This document shows positions 1 to 10,276 of a DNA stretch of 64,000 bases, piece after piece. The translations under genes and the position numbers were made by a program. Each line of letters starts with the position of its first letter. Position 1 is the stretch's first letter. Origin of the DNA: a candidate division Zixibacteria bacterium CG_4_9_14_3_um_filter_46_8 (GTDB lineage Bacteria > Zixibacteria > MSB-5A5 > UM-FILTER-46-8); contig PFXJ01000025.1 in NCBI GenBank assembly GCA_002791595.1, forward strand, positions 19,880 to 83,879. The letters are read 5' to 3'. A model generated the notes under the pieces. The model did no database searches. It worked only from the letters and a program-made list of their open reading frames with translations, and had not been told where the DNA came from.

Positions 1-2
1 AG

Positions 3-611
3 GAATGGAACTTAGTGGGGCTAAAGGAAGAGATATCACGGCTTTTCTTGCTTAATCTGGATTTCAAGAAAGAGGAACTTCCGGCGCTTAGCAGGGATCG
101 ATTACAGGAACTGATAATTGGCGCTGCTGGACAAATCTATGGCCATCGTGAACAAATTTATGGCGCCGACATTATGAGAAGGCTGGAGCGCTATGCCTTT
201 CTTTCTGTGATCGATGAACGTTGGAAGGATCATTTATATGAAATCGATCAGATAAAAACCGGCATTGGATTGCGAGCCTATGGGCAGAGAGACCCTTTGA
301 TTGAATATAAGAAGGAAACCTTCGACGCCTTCGAAAAAATCCTAAACCAGATTGATCGTGAAGTGGTTGAATTCGTTTTCAAAGTCCGTCTGCAACAAGC
401 AGACGAAACATCGAATAAACGACCTGCAGAGAAACAGATGGTGGCTGTGCATGATTCAGCCGTGAATATGGGATACACCGGAATGGGAGAAGCCGCGAAA
501 CCACAATCCCGGCCCAAACCGGTCAAGGTAGAAGAAAAGATAGGGCGAAATGACCCATGTCCCTGCGGTTCAGGAAAAAAATATAAGAAATGCTGTGGGG
601 CGAAATCCTAA
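3..611 (+). CDS. secA: Preprotein translocase subunit SecA, C-terminal part (5' truncated by window edge)
   Basis: Open from nt 3 (EWNLVGL...). SecA wing/scaffold motifs [20 protein letters not shown]; terminal SEC-C motif [19 protein letters not shown]. Confidence 0.97.
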   Translation, partial: EWNLVGLKEEISRLFLLNLDFKKEELPALSRDRLQELIIGAAGQIYGHREQIYGADIMRRLERYAFLSVIDERWKDHLYEIDQIKTGIGLRAYGQRDPLIEYKKETFDAFEKILNQIDREVVEFVFKVRLQQADETSNKRPAEKQMVAVHDSAVNMGYTGMGEAAKPQSRPKPVKVEEKIGRNDPCPCGSGKKYKKCCGAKS

Positions 612-644
612 GACGCCATCAATGGCTATTCACAATTTTCGAAA

Positions 645-1370
645 TTAGCCAAGGCTCAGCCAGGGGAACAGTTGGGCGATATATCCTGACAGCAGGCCAA
701 AACTATTGGTCACAAGAAGCAGACCAACAATCACTAATAGACCACCGCCAATAGCTTCTACGACCCGGAAATGCCTCTTGATTCTGCTAGAAACCGACAA
801 GAACGAATTAAAAGCCAAACCAGTAATCAAGAACGGGATACCCAAACCAGCTGAATAAACTGCCAGCAATAACACTCCTTGCCAAACGGATTCTTGAGCG
901 GAGGCAAGGGTAAGGATACCAGCAAGTATCGGTCCTATGCATGGGGTCCAGCCAAATGCAAAGGCAAATCCGATAAGGAATGAACTTAGATAACCGGCGC
1001 CCTTGGTTTGAGCTTCCAATCGCTTTTCATAAAGAAGCCATTTGATCCGAAATACGCCCATAAAATGAAGACCAAAGACAATCACCAGTATTCCCGCAAT
1101 CCTCGATATCAGGGTTTTGTTCTGCCCTAGGAATTGGCCAAGTGCCGTGGCAGTGGCGCCAAAAGCGATAAAAACCAGCGAAAAACCGAGCACAAAGAAT
1201 ATGGTATTGAGGGTTACTTTTTTTAGTACCCCTTTTTTCCCTTGCCCCTTTATATCATCAATGGAAACCCCCGACATAAATGATAAGTACCCCGGCACCA
1301 AGGGGAGGACACAGGGCGACACGAATGATATTATGCCGGCAAGAAATGCGGTAATAAAACTCACTTCCAT
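645..1370 (-). CDS. ccdA: Cytochrome c biogenesis / DsbD-type transmembrane protein CcdA
   Basis: SFVSPCVLPLVP and GWTPCIGPIL motifs; about six hydrophobic segments. Confidence 0.93.
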   Translation of the reverse strand: MEVSFITAFLAGIISFVSPCVLPLVPGYLSFMSGVSIDDIKGQGKKGVLKKVTLNTIFFVLGFSLVFIAFGATATALGQFLGQNKTLISRIAGILVIVFGLHFMGVFRIKWLLYEKRLEAQTKGAGYLSSFLIGFAFAFGWTPCIGPILAGILTLASAQESVWQGVLLLAVYSAGLGIPFLITGLAFNSFLSVSSRIKRHFRVVEAIGGGLLVIVGLLLVTNSFGLLSGYIAQLFPWLSLG

Positions 1371-1527
1371 CTAAAAACTCCGTATTTTATCTCATATTAT
1401 TATCTTGCTCGTTCGCTACAAAGCTTTATACGCTTGTCTTATGCAAATTTAATATTCGTGGCGGAAAATTCCAAATAAAAAGAACAACACGGTTTCGCGT
1501 CGTGAGGTTAAGTTGTGGAAATGAAGA

Positions 1528-2937
1528 TTAAGAACGATTTTGCTCGTTCATCTGAGCCAAGCTATCTTTCAGAAGATTCTGGATTGTCTGAATATTTATG
1601 TGAGAAGAGAGCTCTTTGGCTATGGCCTCCGCCATTTTTTCCGCAAAACGGTTGGCAAAAGCAACAATAAATTCATTTGAATAGTCTTTCGGAGTGGAGT
1701 AAGCATTATCGCTATCGGGAACTCGAATTGGGGGCTGTTCGTCGAGCAAATTACTGCTTGTTTCAGACTCGAACCTATCGACCTGTTCCGCAGCATCGGG
1801 AATGGCATTATCCGCACCTCCGGCAATTACCTTATTTGTCGGCGGAGAAGAAACTTCATCACTTTCAGCATCTACTTCCTCAGCGGATTGCTGATTTATA
1901 TTGTCTGAGTAAGCGGTTCCCGCATCAAGGATCAGACCATCATCTGGTTTCTGAATATCCCTGATATCTTCTCTGAATGCGGAAAGGAAATCATCAAATT
2001 TCTTTGCCGATTTTGTATTGTCCGTATCATGCTCTGGAGCATCAGATGACTGGTACTGGGTTAAGCTATTACCCGAATTAACGCTGTCAGCGCCGGATGG
2101 AGCAGGTTGGGTCCCAGTCTTTGAAGTCTCCCTGCGCATCTCATCCATAAACCATTCGAAATCGTGTGGCGAATCTGCTTCGGATTCATTGGGAAGGCCG
2201 TTGCCATCTATGAATTGGGAGATTGCTTCATCATCTTCCTGAGCTGAAATGGATTTTGGGTCAGCAGTGGAATCCAAATTGATCTTGAGTTTATCACCAT
2301 CATCCAGCGACCCTCCATTTTCCAGCGAAAGATCAGACCACGTGAAATCAAGCGCATCGCTTTCATCGGTCTGCATCTCTTTCAGTTCATTGGTGGAAAT
2401 CAGCTCTTCCGATGCTCCATTTTCATCATCTTTGAGGCTCATCCTCTGCAATCCATCGACAATGGCGCCCTGCTCCCAGGGCAGAACCCCACCATCGCTC
2501 CCGGATCGTGATAATGATGATTCTCGGGACAATGGCGCTCCATTACTATCAGCGCGAGAGATATTCTCTTCATCGAGAATAAATTTCTCCACCGTTTCGC
2601 CGAGTTCACGGGGAGTGAAGGGCTTAATTATGGTATCCGTGGCCCCTCCGTCAATGAAATCTGTGATTATTCCGGCATCGCTGGAACCGGCGAGAATAAT
2701 AATGGGGGTTTGCGCGAATTCATTCTTCTGGCGAAGCTGTCTGCAGATATCGATTCCATTTTGCCCGGGCATAGAAGAATCAAGCAGGATCATATCAGGC
2801 CTGGTTTTTTCAATCATCGAGATGGCGGATTCCCCATCTGGAGCCGAGTACACTTCATAACCCTTTTGACGGAGTAATGACTCAACCACCCCTCTAATAG
2901 TAGAACTATCATCAGCAATAAAGATTTTTCTGGGCAT
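1528..2937 (-). CDS. Response regulator: receiver domain + long acidic disordered linker + helical C-terminus (RomR-like)
   Basis: Receiver motifs ADDS, LLD, KPF; D/E/S-rich linker; no DNA-binding output domain. Start moved to ATG 2937, preceded by AAGGA. Confidence 0.8.
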   Translation of the reverse strand: MPRKIFIADDSSTIRGVVESLLRQKGYEVYSAPDGESAISMIEKTRPDMILLDSSMPGQNGIDICRQLRQKNEFAQTPIIILAGSSDAGIITDFIDGGATDTIIKPFTPRELGETVEKFILDEENISRADSNGAPLSRESSLSRSGSDGGVLPWEQGAIVDGLQRMSLKDDENGASEELISTNELKEMQTDESDALDFTWSDLSLENGGSLDDGDKLKINLDSTADPKSISAQEDDEAISQFIDGNGLPNESEADSPHDFEWFMDEMRRETSKTGTQPAPSGADSVNSGNSLTQYQSSDAPEHDTDNTKSAKKFDDFLSAFREDIRDIQKPDDGLILDAGTAYSDNINQQSAEEVDAESDEVSSPPTNKVIAGGADNAIPDAAEQVDRFESETSSNLLDEQPPIRVPDSDNAYSTPKDYSNEFIVAFANRFAEKMAEAIAKELSSHINIQTIQNLLKDSLAQMNEQNRS

Positions 2938-2984
2938 GAAATATCCTTGCAAGCTAAGATTTGTAATTATCCTTCGATATTAAA

Positions 2985-3011
2985 TCATCGGCTTTTCGCT
3001 AAAATCCTTGA
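2985..3011 (-). promoter_or_regulatory. Putative sigma28 (FliA)-type promoter
   Basis: Minus strand reads TCAA-N15-GCCGATGA; consensus is TAAA-N15-GCCGATAA. Confidence 0.45.
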
Positions 3012-3012
3012 G

Positions 3013-3831
3013 TTATTCCTTACGTTCTGATAAGATTTGGGAAGCCTCTGAGAGAATCCGTTTCTCTTCATCTGTAAGGTTATGATAGCCAACCCTATTG
3101 ATCTTGTCAAGAATGGAATCTACGCGGTCTAATATATCCTCTTCCTTGCGTTTCTTTCTCGTTTGGACGCCTGATGAGAATTTTCCCCTGACGGATTTCA
3201 GTTTATTGACATAGTTTGATATCCGCCAATCGCTTTTGATATAAATATATCCTATGAGCATTCCCCCTAAATGAGCAAAATGAGCAACGCCATCCTGAGC
3301 CCGGCTCACAAAAGATGAAAAGAATTCAATGGCGGCAAATCCGATGACCAGATATTTCGCCTTTATGGGAAAGATAGCATAGATATAGATAAGGCGGTCA
3401 GGAAACATCAGAGCATAAGCCACCAATATTCCATAAATTGCCCCTGAGGCTCCAATGACTGGAGATTGCGAATTCATTGAGAAAACAAAATTGAGGACCC
3501 CGGCTCCTACCCCACAAATCAAATAATATTTCAGGAATTCCTTACCACCCCAGGCACGCTCAATATCGCTGCCAAACAAATACAGGGCCAACATATTGAA
3601 AGCAATATGAAAGAAACCCCCATGCAAAAACATATATGTGAAGAACTGCCATAAGAAATAATTATGTCGAATTAGAGCTGGTACTAATCCAAAATAAACT
3701 ATGAAAACAGGGGGAAGAATATACTGAAGGAGAAATATCCCAATATTGGCAATAAGAAGGGACTTTATCATTGGCGGCAAAGAGCCGGCCCCGAATCTTA
3801 TGTCGCTGTTTCCAAATCTCATATTAGGCAA
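3013..3831 (-). CDS. Rhomboid-family intramembrane serine protease with short C-terminal soluble domain (DUF6576-like)
   Basis: HIAFNM, GASG (catalytic Ser), AHLGG (catalytic His); tail VDSILDKINRVGYHNLTDEEK. Confidence 0.93.
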   Translation of the reverse strand: MPNMRFGNSDIRFGAGSLPPMIKSLLIANIGIFLLQYILPPVFIVYFGLVPALIRHNYFLWQFFTYMFLHGGFFHIAFNMLALYLFGSDIERAWGGKEFLKYYLICGVGAGVLNFVFSMNSQSPVIGASGAIYGILVAYALMFPDRLIYIYAIFPIKAKYLVIGFAAIEFFSSFVSRAQDGVAHFAHLGGMLIGYIYIKSDWRISNYVNKLKSVRGKFSSGVQTRKKRKEEDILDRVDSILDKINRVGYHNLTDEEKRILSEASQILSERKE

Positions 3832-3978
3832 TACTCTATTCGAGTATTATTAATGATGGAATATATCGAGAGGTCAAGCATTTTTATTGATGCATCTTTC
3901 AATTTGACAGCACAATACTATTTTCGGCAACACCGGTAGCGGCCTTTATGAATCTAGGCAATATAATACACTTTGAAG

Positions 3979-4404
3979 CTAATACAGCAAACGGTTATGC
4001 TCTTTAAGGATACACCGATCCATTATGACCTGCAAGCCGCTATCAATAGCCTTTTGGGCCGCCGATTCATTAATCACCCCTTCCTGAAACCAGATGGCGG
4101 GCACCCTAATTTCAATGGCTTCATCGACTATGGGCATCACTGTATCGGGGTTGCGAAAGACATCGACAATGTCGATTTCGCCGGGAATCGATTTCAGATC
4201 GGGATAGGATTTTACCCCAAGGATTTCTGGAAAGCCCGGGTTAACCGGTATGATTTCGTATTCTTTTTCAATCAAGTAACTTGCCACTCGGTACGATGGT
4301 CTATCGCTTTTGGGCGAAAGTCCTACCACCGCAATTCGCTTGCATCTACTCAAAAGCTCCGTGATTTGCGCATCTGTGGGATTGGAAAACATTAATTTCT
4401 CCAC
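3979..4404 (-). CDS. CoA-binding protein (YccU-like)
   Basis: IAVVGLSPKSDRPS, PVNP, DIVDVFR, WFQEG, DRCI motifs. Confidence 0.92.
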   Translation of the reverse strand: MEKLMFSNPTDAQITELLSRCKRIAVVGLSPKSDRPSYRVASYLIEKEYEIIPVNPGFPEILGVKSYPDLKSIPGEIDIVDVFRNPDTVMPIVDEAIEIRVPAIWFQEGVINESAAQKAIDSGLQVIMDRCILKEHNRLLY

Positions 4405-4471
4405 TTCAATTCAGGTCGATATGAAATAATTAACGGTAATGAATGGGAAATAGTTTCTGCCGAAAAGTTGG

Positions 4472-5500
4472 TTATTTTAGCAACTTCTTCTCAAGCGCTC
4501 TCAATCTGTTTATATAGTCAGGCAATCTTCCTAGGATCGCCTCTATTCTTTTCTGGAGTCTGATGTCGCGCGCAGGACAACCGAAGAGCACTGATTGGGG
4601 AGGAACATTATTGGGAACTCCGGATTGAGCTCCAACCATAACATCATCACCCATTTCAAGATGACCCGCAAGACCAACCTGGCCAGCTAACACCACCCGA
4701 TCTCCTATCTTGGAGCTGCCCGCTATGCCAACCTGAGCCGCAAATGCGCAGTCTTCACCAACAGTTACATTATGGCCTACCTGAACCAGGTTATCTATCT
4801 TGGTGCCGCGCTTAATGCGGGTTGTCCCCATAGTGGCCCGGTCGATAGTAGCATTTGCTCCGATTTCGACATCATCCTCAAGAATCACTCTCCCCATTTG
4901 GGGGATTTTGTATCTCACGGCACCTTTCAATGCGAATCCAAACCCATCGCTCCCGATAACAGCCCCAGGGTGGAGGATAACATTATTGCCAACCGATGTT
5001 TCAAACATAATTTTGACACCCGGATGAATCAGGCAATTGGCACCGATAACCGAATTGCTGCCAATATAGGAATGACAGTAAATTGCAGTTCGGTCGCCGA
5101 TTGAGACATTATCACCGATCACAACGAAATCCGCGATGAAAATACCTTGACCAGCATGGAAGCCATCACCAATCACAGCAGTAGAGGAGATGCCCGGCTT
5201 ATAAATAGGGCGCTCGCCATGATACATTATCATAATTTCACGGAACGCAAAATAGGAATCTTGAACAACTATGTGAGGAATCTGCAATTCCTGCTCAGCA
5301 AGGGACTGATCCACAAGAACTGCAGCAGCCTTAGTAGTCTTCAGGAATGAGATATATTTGCGGTTTGAAAGAAATGTGATGCTTGATGAATCGGCCTCAT
5401 CGATACTGCAGATCCGTTTTATCTCAGGATTGGAGTCTTTAGGGAAAATCTTCCCATTAACTTTATCTGCTATCTGCCGTAGGCTAAAGCAAGCCATCAT
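4472..5500 (-). CDS. lpxD: UDP-3-O-(3-hydroxyacyl)glucosamine N-acyltransferase
   Basis: Hexapeptide repeats; IGSDGFG, IDR, TKIDNLVQVGHN; follows skp. Confidence 0.96.
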   Translation of the reverse strand: MMACFSLRQIADKVNGKIFPKDSNPEIKRICSIDEADSSSITFLSNRKYISFLKTTKAAAVLVDQSLAEQELQIPHIVVQDSYFAFREIMIMYHGERPIYKPGISSTAVIGDGFHAGQGIFIADFVVIGDNVSIGDRTAIYCHSYIGSNSVIGANCLIHPGVKIMFETSVGNNVILHPGAVIGSDGFGFALKGAVRYKIPQMGRVILEDDVEIGANATIDRATMGTTRIKRGTKIDNLVQVGHNVTVGEDCAFAAQVGIAGSSKIGDRVVLAGQVGLAGHLEMGDDVMVGAQSGVPNNVPPQSVLFGCPARDIRLQKRIEAILGRLPDYINRLRALEKKLLK

Positions 5501-6030
5501 TCCCCTTTGGCCAATTCCTCTAAAACCCGATCGGTCATATCCAGATTCTTTTTGGCATAAGCGATGGAAGTCACACCAGCATCGAACACTAGCGAATAAT
5601 TATTCTCGATGGCGATTCTTTCTATCACGCGCATGATTTTATCTCTGATAGGGCGGACTAATTCGGCATTGCGCCGCTCGGCTTTGCCATCGGGACCGAA
5701 AGTTTCATTGACATAGGCCTGGAAAGCATCTTTCTTGGCTTTCAAAAGGCCTTCCTTTTCTTCGCGTTTGGCTTTTGACAAAAGCAGGCTCTGACTATCT
5801 AATTCCTTCTGCAACAGATCAATCTCTGCCTGCAAATCCTCCGCCTGCTTATTCCATGCCGCCACATCCTTATCGAATCTCGCCTGGGCGTCAGCGAATT
5901 CTTTGGATTCAGCAAAGATACGTTGGGAATCGATATAGCCGATCTTGCCTTCCTGGGCGGAGGCGCTGATGGGCAACGAGAACAGAAATGCCAGCAGACC
6001 AAGAATCAGATACAGCGGTTTTCTATGCAT
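5497..6030 (-). CDS. skp: OmpH/Skp periplasmic chaperone
   Basis: Signal peptide, KIGYID, coiled coil, terminal DMTDRVL; lies between bamA and lpxD. Confidence 0.93.
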   Translation of the reverse strand: MHRKPLYLILGLLAFLFSLPISASAQEGKIGYIDSQRIFAESKEFADAQARFDKDVAAWNKQAEDLQAEIDLLQKELDSQSLLLSKAKREEKEGLLKAKKDAFQAYVNETFGPDGKAERRNAELVRPIRDKIMRVIERIAIENNYSLVFDAGVTSIAYAKKNLDMTDRVLEELAKGE

Positions 6031-6066
6031 ATATTCTCCATATACTAAAATGAAATTGAATTTCGA

Positions 6067-8361
6067 CTAAAACCCTCGTCCTATCTGGAAATGAGGGCGC
6101 CAGTTGCCTTTTTCGGGCGGGTCCAATGCCTTTGCAAAATCGAATCCCAAGACACCCACCATCGGCACTACCACGCGGAACCCGAGACCATAAGATCGTT
6201 GGAGATTGAATGGCTTGAAATCCTCAATATTATAAAAAGCATTTCCGGCATCAACAAACAGAAGGCCGTACAGTTGCTGTTGGGAAATCGGTATTTGATA
6301 TTCGAGATTATATACCGCCATAGCCCGACCTCGAAGCGGGATGCCACTTGTGGTCTGGCGACCAAGAGAACCATCATCGTAACCCCTCACCTCCCCATCA
6401 GGGTCGGTTCCGCCCGGGGAAAACCTTTCGCTATAAGGGACATTTGAGCCCCCGTCATATTCTGCCATGACCCCGGCTTTACCTTGTAGGACAAGGACGA
6501 AGTTCCAGATGGTCTTGAAGTAAAATCGAGATTCAACGATTTCTTTATGATAATTCCAATCTCCGCCGAAGGGCCCACCGGCAAGCTCTGTGGAGATCGT
6601 ATTTATGGAACCCTGGGTGGCAAATTGCGATAGATCCCGTGAATCTCTAATCAAGGAAAAAGCAATCGATGAAGTATTGTATGTGCTTTGTTCTTTATCG
6701 AGGCTATTAGGATTATCTTTATTATCCTCGACATAACTGGCGGAGAAATTGGAGTATTTGACTTCCTCAAACCGGTAGCGGGTGTAAAAGCTAAAATAAT
6801 TATCGGGCCAGTGCAGTCTTCTGCCAACCCTCAGAGAAAACCCTCGCCGCGTCTCATCAAAATCACCATAGAAATCACGGATTATCTGATACACATTTAT
6901 TCCCAGCGAAGTTGGAGTATCGAGAAGCCACGGCTCAGTAAATCCCAGATCGATGGAGTTTCTCTTCGAGCCAAAGTCCCAGTTCAAGGTTACAGTCTGA
7001 CCCATTCCGCGAAAGTTCGGAATACCCAGACCAATAGTACCCACCAGCTTGTCTCTCTCCGAATAACCCGCCCCGACCGAAGCCTGTCCTGTAGGTTTTT
7101 CTTCCACCTTGATGACCAGATTGATATCGCCATCCGGGAGTATCTCCCAATCCGGAGTGGCATTTGCGAAATAATTCAATACCATAACATTGCGGAGAGA
7201 ACGGCCTAAAATCGAACGTTTGAAAATTGTATTGGGGACAACAGAAAGCTCCCTTCTAATGACTTTTTCGTGAGTCTTGGTGTTCCCGGCGATTTTTATC
7301 ATGCGGACATAGACCGGATTCCCTTCGACAACCCGATAACGAATATCGACCGTGTAGCCGGGGCTGTTCTGAGTTTCATCGGTTATCTTGGCATACCAGT
7401 ATCCTTCATCCTGATACATGGCGTGAAGGTTGGCCAAAGATTTGTCATATTTTTCCTGATCAAACACCTCATAGGGCAAATACTCAATCGCCTTTTGGAG
7501 CTGCTCATTGGTGTAGAATTCATTTCCTATCAGAGAATAATTACCGAATCGGTATCGCATTCCCTCGCTGATAGCGATATCGATGAACATATTATTCTTA
7601 TCTTCGCTGTAGTAAATCGAATCAGATACAACATAAGCATCGATATAGCCACTTTTCTTGTAGAATTCGAGAATCCGCTCCTGGTCTTCGGCATATTTGA
7701 CACGATCAAAATTGCCGGAACGCCAAAAACTGTCCTGCTTATTCTTCATTTTGCTCCGGATTTTCTTGTCGGTAAAAATCCTATTCCCCTCGATGGTAAT
7801 TCCCTTGATCTTTACTTTTCTATTCTCCTTGATGGAAAAAATCATGTTAACCTGGCCTTGAATATCCGCATCCTCGAGGCTGGATTCTATTTCGGCGAGT
7901 AAATATCCTTTTCCCTCATAAAGTTTTTTGATTTTTGAGATATTTTCCTTAATGTCTTTGGGAGAAATGATACGCCCCTCGAAAACGGTAATGGCTTCTT
8001 TAAGGTCCTTAGCCTTGATTTTTTTATTTCCCTTAAACTCTATCTCCGCAACTTTCGGATATTCGATGACTTTGATGAGGACATTGACGCCATCCTCGGC
8101 CTCAATGCCATCGATCGAAACGTCCGAGAATAATCCGAGAGCATAGATGGCCCGAATGGCATCCTGCACCGAAGCGGCGTTCAACGGTTCACCTGTTAAC
8201 AACCTCGCGGAATTAATAATCAAATTACGGTCGGCAGTACTGTTGCCCTGAACATCAACCGATCGTATAATTAGATTATTCTCTTGCGCCCGGAGACTTG
8301 AATAAAGAGATATCGCCAAGATGAGCGAAATGATAGAGAGTATAAAAAAGCGATTAGGCAA
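6067..8361 (-). CDS. bamA: Outer membrane protein assembly factor BamA
   Basis: POTRA repeats (GN...T...VIRRE), VRGY motif, C-terminal Phe. Confidence 0.96.
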   Translation of the reverse strand: MPNRFFILSIISLILAISLYSSLRAQENNLIIRSVDVQGNSTADRNLIINSARLLTGEPLNAASVQDAIRAIYALGLFSDVSIDGIEAEDGVNVLIKVIEYPKVAEIEFKGNKKIKAKDLKEAITVFEGRIISPKDIKENISKIKKLYEGKGYLLAEIESSLEDADIQGQVNMIFSIKENRKVKIKGITIEGNRIFTDKKIRSKMKNKQDSFWRSGNFDRVKYAEDQERILEFYKKSGYIDAYVVSDSIYYSEDKNNMFIDIAISEGMRYRFGNYSLIGNEFYTNEQLQKAIEYLPYEVFDQEKYDKSLANLHAMYQDEGYWYAKITDETQNSPGYTVDIRYRVVEGNPVYVRMIKIAGNTKTHEKVIRRELSVVPNTIFKRSILGRSLRNVMVLNYFANATPDWEILPDGDINLVIKVEEKPTGQASVGAGYSERDKLVGTIGLGIPNFRGMGQTVTLNWDFGSKRNSIDLGFTEPWLLDTPTSLGINVYQIIRDFYGDFDETRRGFSLRVGRRLHWPDNYFSFYTRYRFEEVKYSNFSASYVEDNKDNPNSLDKEQSTYNTSSIAFSLIRDSRDLSQFATQGSINTISTELAGGPFGGDWNYHKEIVESRFYFKTIWNFVLVLQGKAGVMAEYDGGSNVPYSERFSPGGTDPDGEVRGYDDGSLGRQTTSGIPLRGRAMAVYNLEYQIPISQQQLYGLLFVDAGNAFYNIEDFKPFNLQRSYGLGFRVVVPMVGVLGFDFAKALDPPEKGNWRPHFQIGRGF

Positions 8362-8426
8362 CCCCGCACATCCTGTCCGTCAATAGCCGGATTTCCAACG
8401 ATTGTGGTTTAGGGAAGTCATTCCGA

Positions 8427-8744
8427 TTAGCTGCCAGGATTGATTCCAGAGATTTTTAGCTCAGTGAAATTTTGTCTGTGCCCTTTTTTGACCCGGTATT
8501 TCACCCGTCTTCTGAATTTGAAGACAATCGCCTTCTTGTCCTTGCCGGCGCCGAGAACTTCAGCGGTGACCACAGCACCCTCGACATAGGGTCTGCCTAT
8601 TTTCACGTTATCATCATCAGAGATCATTAGTACCTTATCGATATTGATTTTATTCCCGGGCGGGATATCGAACAAGGGCACTCTGACAGTATCGCCCTCA
8701 CGGACTTTAAATTGCATTCCGCTGCTCTCAATTACAGCATACAT
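8427..8744 (-). CDS. rplU: 50S ribosomal protein L21
   Basis: MYAVIESSGMQFKV...KGHRQNFTELKI. Confidence 0.97.
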   Translation of the reverse strand: MYAVIESSGMQFKVREGDTVRVPLFDIPPGNKINIDKVLMISDDDNVKIGRPYVEGAVVTAEVLGAGKDKKAIVFKFRRRVKYRVKKGHRQNFTELKISGINPGS

Positions 8745-8795
8745 TTGAGGTTTACCTCCGAATAAATGGAAAGTTCCGACTTAAGATAATTTTTC

Positions 8796-8823
8796 AATAT
8801 ACCATAATTGCGCTGTATGTCAA
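8796..8823 (-). promoter_or_regulatory. Putative sigma70 promoter for rplU
   Basis: TTGACA-N16-TATATT with TG extended -10. Confidence 0.5.
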
Positions 8824-8847
8824 GACTTTCCAGACCTGGCTATTTAT

Positions 8848-10257
8848 TTATTTCACTTTCCTTTTCCATTTGGTGCCGATTTTGGTATCCTCAAGAATAA
8901 TTCCCTTGCCCGACAAATGATCTCGGATACGGTCGGATTCGGCATAATCTTTTCTTTTGCGGGCGTCAATCCGCTCCTGGATCAACCGTTCAATCTCCTC
9001 ATCAATAATCAGTGATTCCTCGGGAGGCTTGATTACTCCCAAAACCGAATCAAAGCCGTCCCATGTTTCGAGGATCTCCCTTTTCTCGGCAGGGCTAAGG
9101 CCGCCCACCTCAGACAAGACGATATTTGCGCCTTTCACCAAATCGAACACCGCCGCAAATGCTGGCGAGACATTGAGGTCATCATCCAACCCGCCAATAA
9201 ATTTCTCTCTGGCTTCTCTCACGAGGCTGGAGATTCTGCCTCCGGAGTCACCATGCGGCGCATCAGTGATATTAGTATGGAAATCCCACAACCTCTGAAG
9301 AGAGGCCAAGGCGGCTTTGACACCATCGAATGTAAAGTTCAGTTGCTGGCGATAATGGGTGGACAAGAGCACATAACGAACCGCCAGAGGATGCAATCCC
9401 CTATTGAGCAGGTCTTTCAAAGTGTAAAAATTATTAAATGATTTCGCCATCTTGCGGCCCTCGACCATCAGATGAGCGTTGTGCATCCAATAGTTGACAA
9501 ATCTTTTGCCCGTGGCGCCCTCCGATTGGGCAATTTCATTTTCGTGGTGCGGGAAAATATTATCCACACCGCCGGTATGAATATCGAAGGTCTGACCCAG
9601 ATATTTCATACTCATTGCTGAGCATTCGATATGCCAGCCGGGTCGTCCTTTTCCAAGTTCGGTCTCCCAGAACACTTTTCCGTCACTTTCATCCCAACCC
9701 TTCCATAGGGCAAAGTCGGCTGCGGTTTCTTTTTCGTATTCCTCGACATCAATGCGAACGCCGGTTTTGAGCTCTGCGAGATTCATTCCCGACAGCCTGC
9801 CATAGTTGGGGAATTCCGTAATTCGGTAGTAGATCGAACTCCCCATAGTATAGGCAATTCCCTTTTCAAGAAGAATCTTAACCATATCAACCATTTCCTT
9901 GATATGTGCTGTGGCTTCAGGATAGTGCTCAGCGCTCTGGATTTTAAGGGCATCCAGGTCTTCGAAAAACGCCTTCTTGTAAATGGCGGTATAATCATTC
10001 AAACTGATGCCCTTAGCGTTGCAACCTCTGATAGTTTTGTCATCAATGTCGGTGAGATTCATCACCTGAGTAACTTTGAAGCCACGATAAATGAGATAGC
10101 GTCTAAGAAGATCCTCAAAGATATAGGCGCGAAAATTGCCGATATGAGCAAAATCGTAAACCGTGGGTCCACAGGTGTACATACGGACCTCGCCGTCAAT
10201 AATCGGTTTGAACTCTTCTTTGCGCCTCGTAAATGTGTTAAAGAAAGTTAGTGCCAT
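8848..10257 (-). CDS. cysS: Cysteine--tRNA ligase
   Basis: CGPTVY, HIGN, GRPGWHIEC, FPHHENE, KMAKS. Confidence 0.98.
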   Translation of the reverse strand: MALTFFNTFTRRKEEFKPIIDGEVRMYTCGPTVYDFAHIGNFRAYIFEDLLRRYLIYRGFKVTQVMNLTDIDDKTIRGCNAKGISLNDYTAIYKKAFFEDLDALKIQSAEHYPEATAHIKEMVDMVKILLEKGIAYTMGSSIYYRITEFPNYGRLSGMNLAELKTGVRIDVEEYEKETAADFALWKGWDESDGKVFWETELGKGRPGWHIECSAMSMKYLGQTFDIHTGGVDNIFPHHENEIAQSEGATGKRFVNYWMHNAHLMVEGRKMAKSFNNFYTLKDLLNRGLHPLAVRYVLLSTHYRQQLNFTFDGVKAALASLQRLWDFHTNITDAPHGDSGGRISSLVREAREKFIGGLDDDLNVSPAFAAVFDLVKGANIVLSEVGGLSPAEKREILETWDGFDSVLGVIKPPEESLIIDEEIERLIQERIDARKRKDYAESDRIRDHLSGKGIILEDTKIGTKWKRKVK

Positions 10258-10276
10258 TTGTCCCTGCCTGCTTGTT

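Noticed and set aside
8848..10257. CysS HIGN and KMAKS variants
   Set aside because: Within the normal variation of class I synthetase signature motifs
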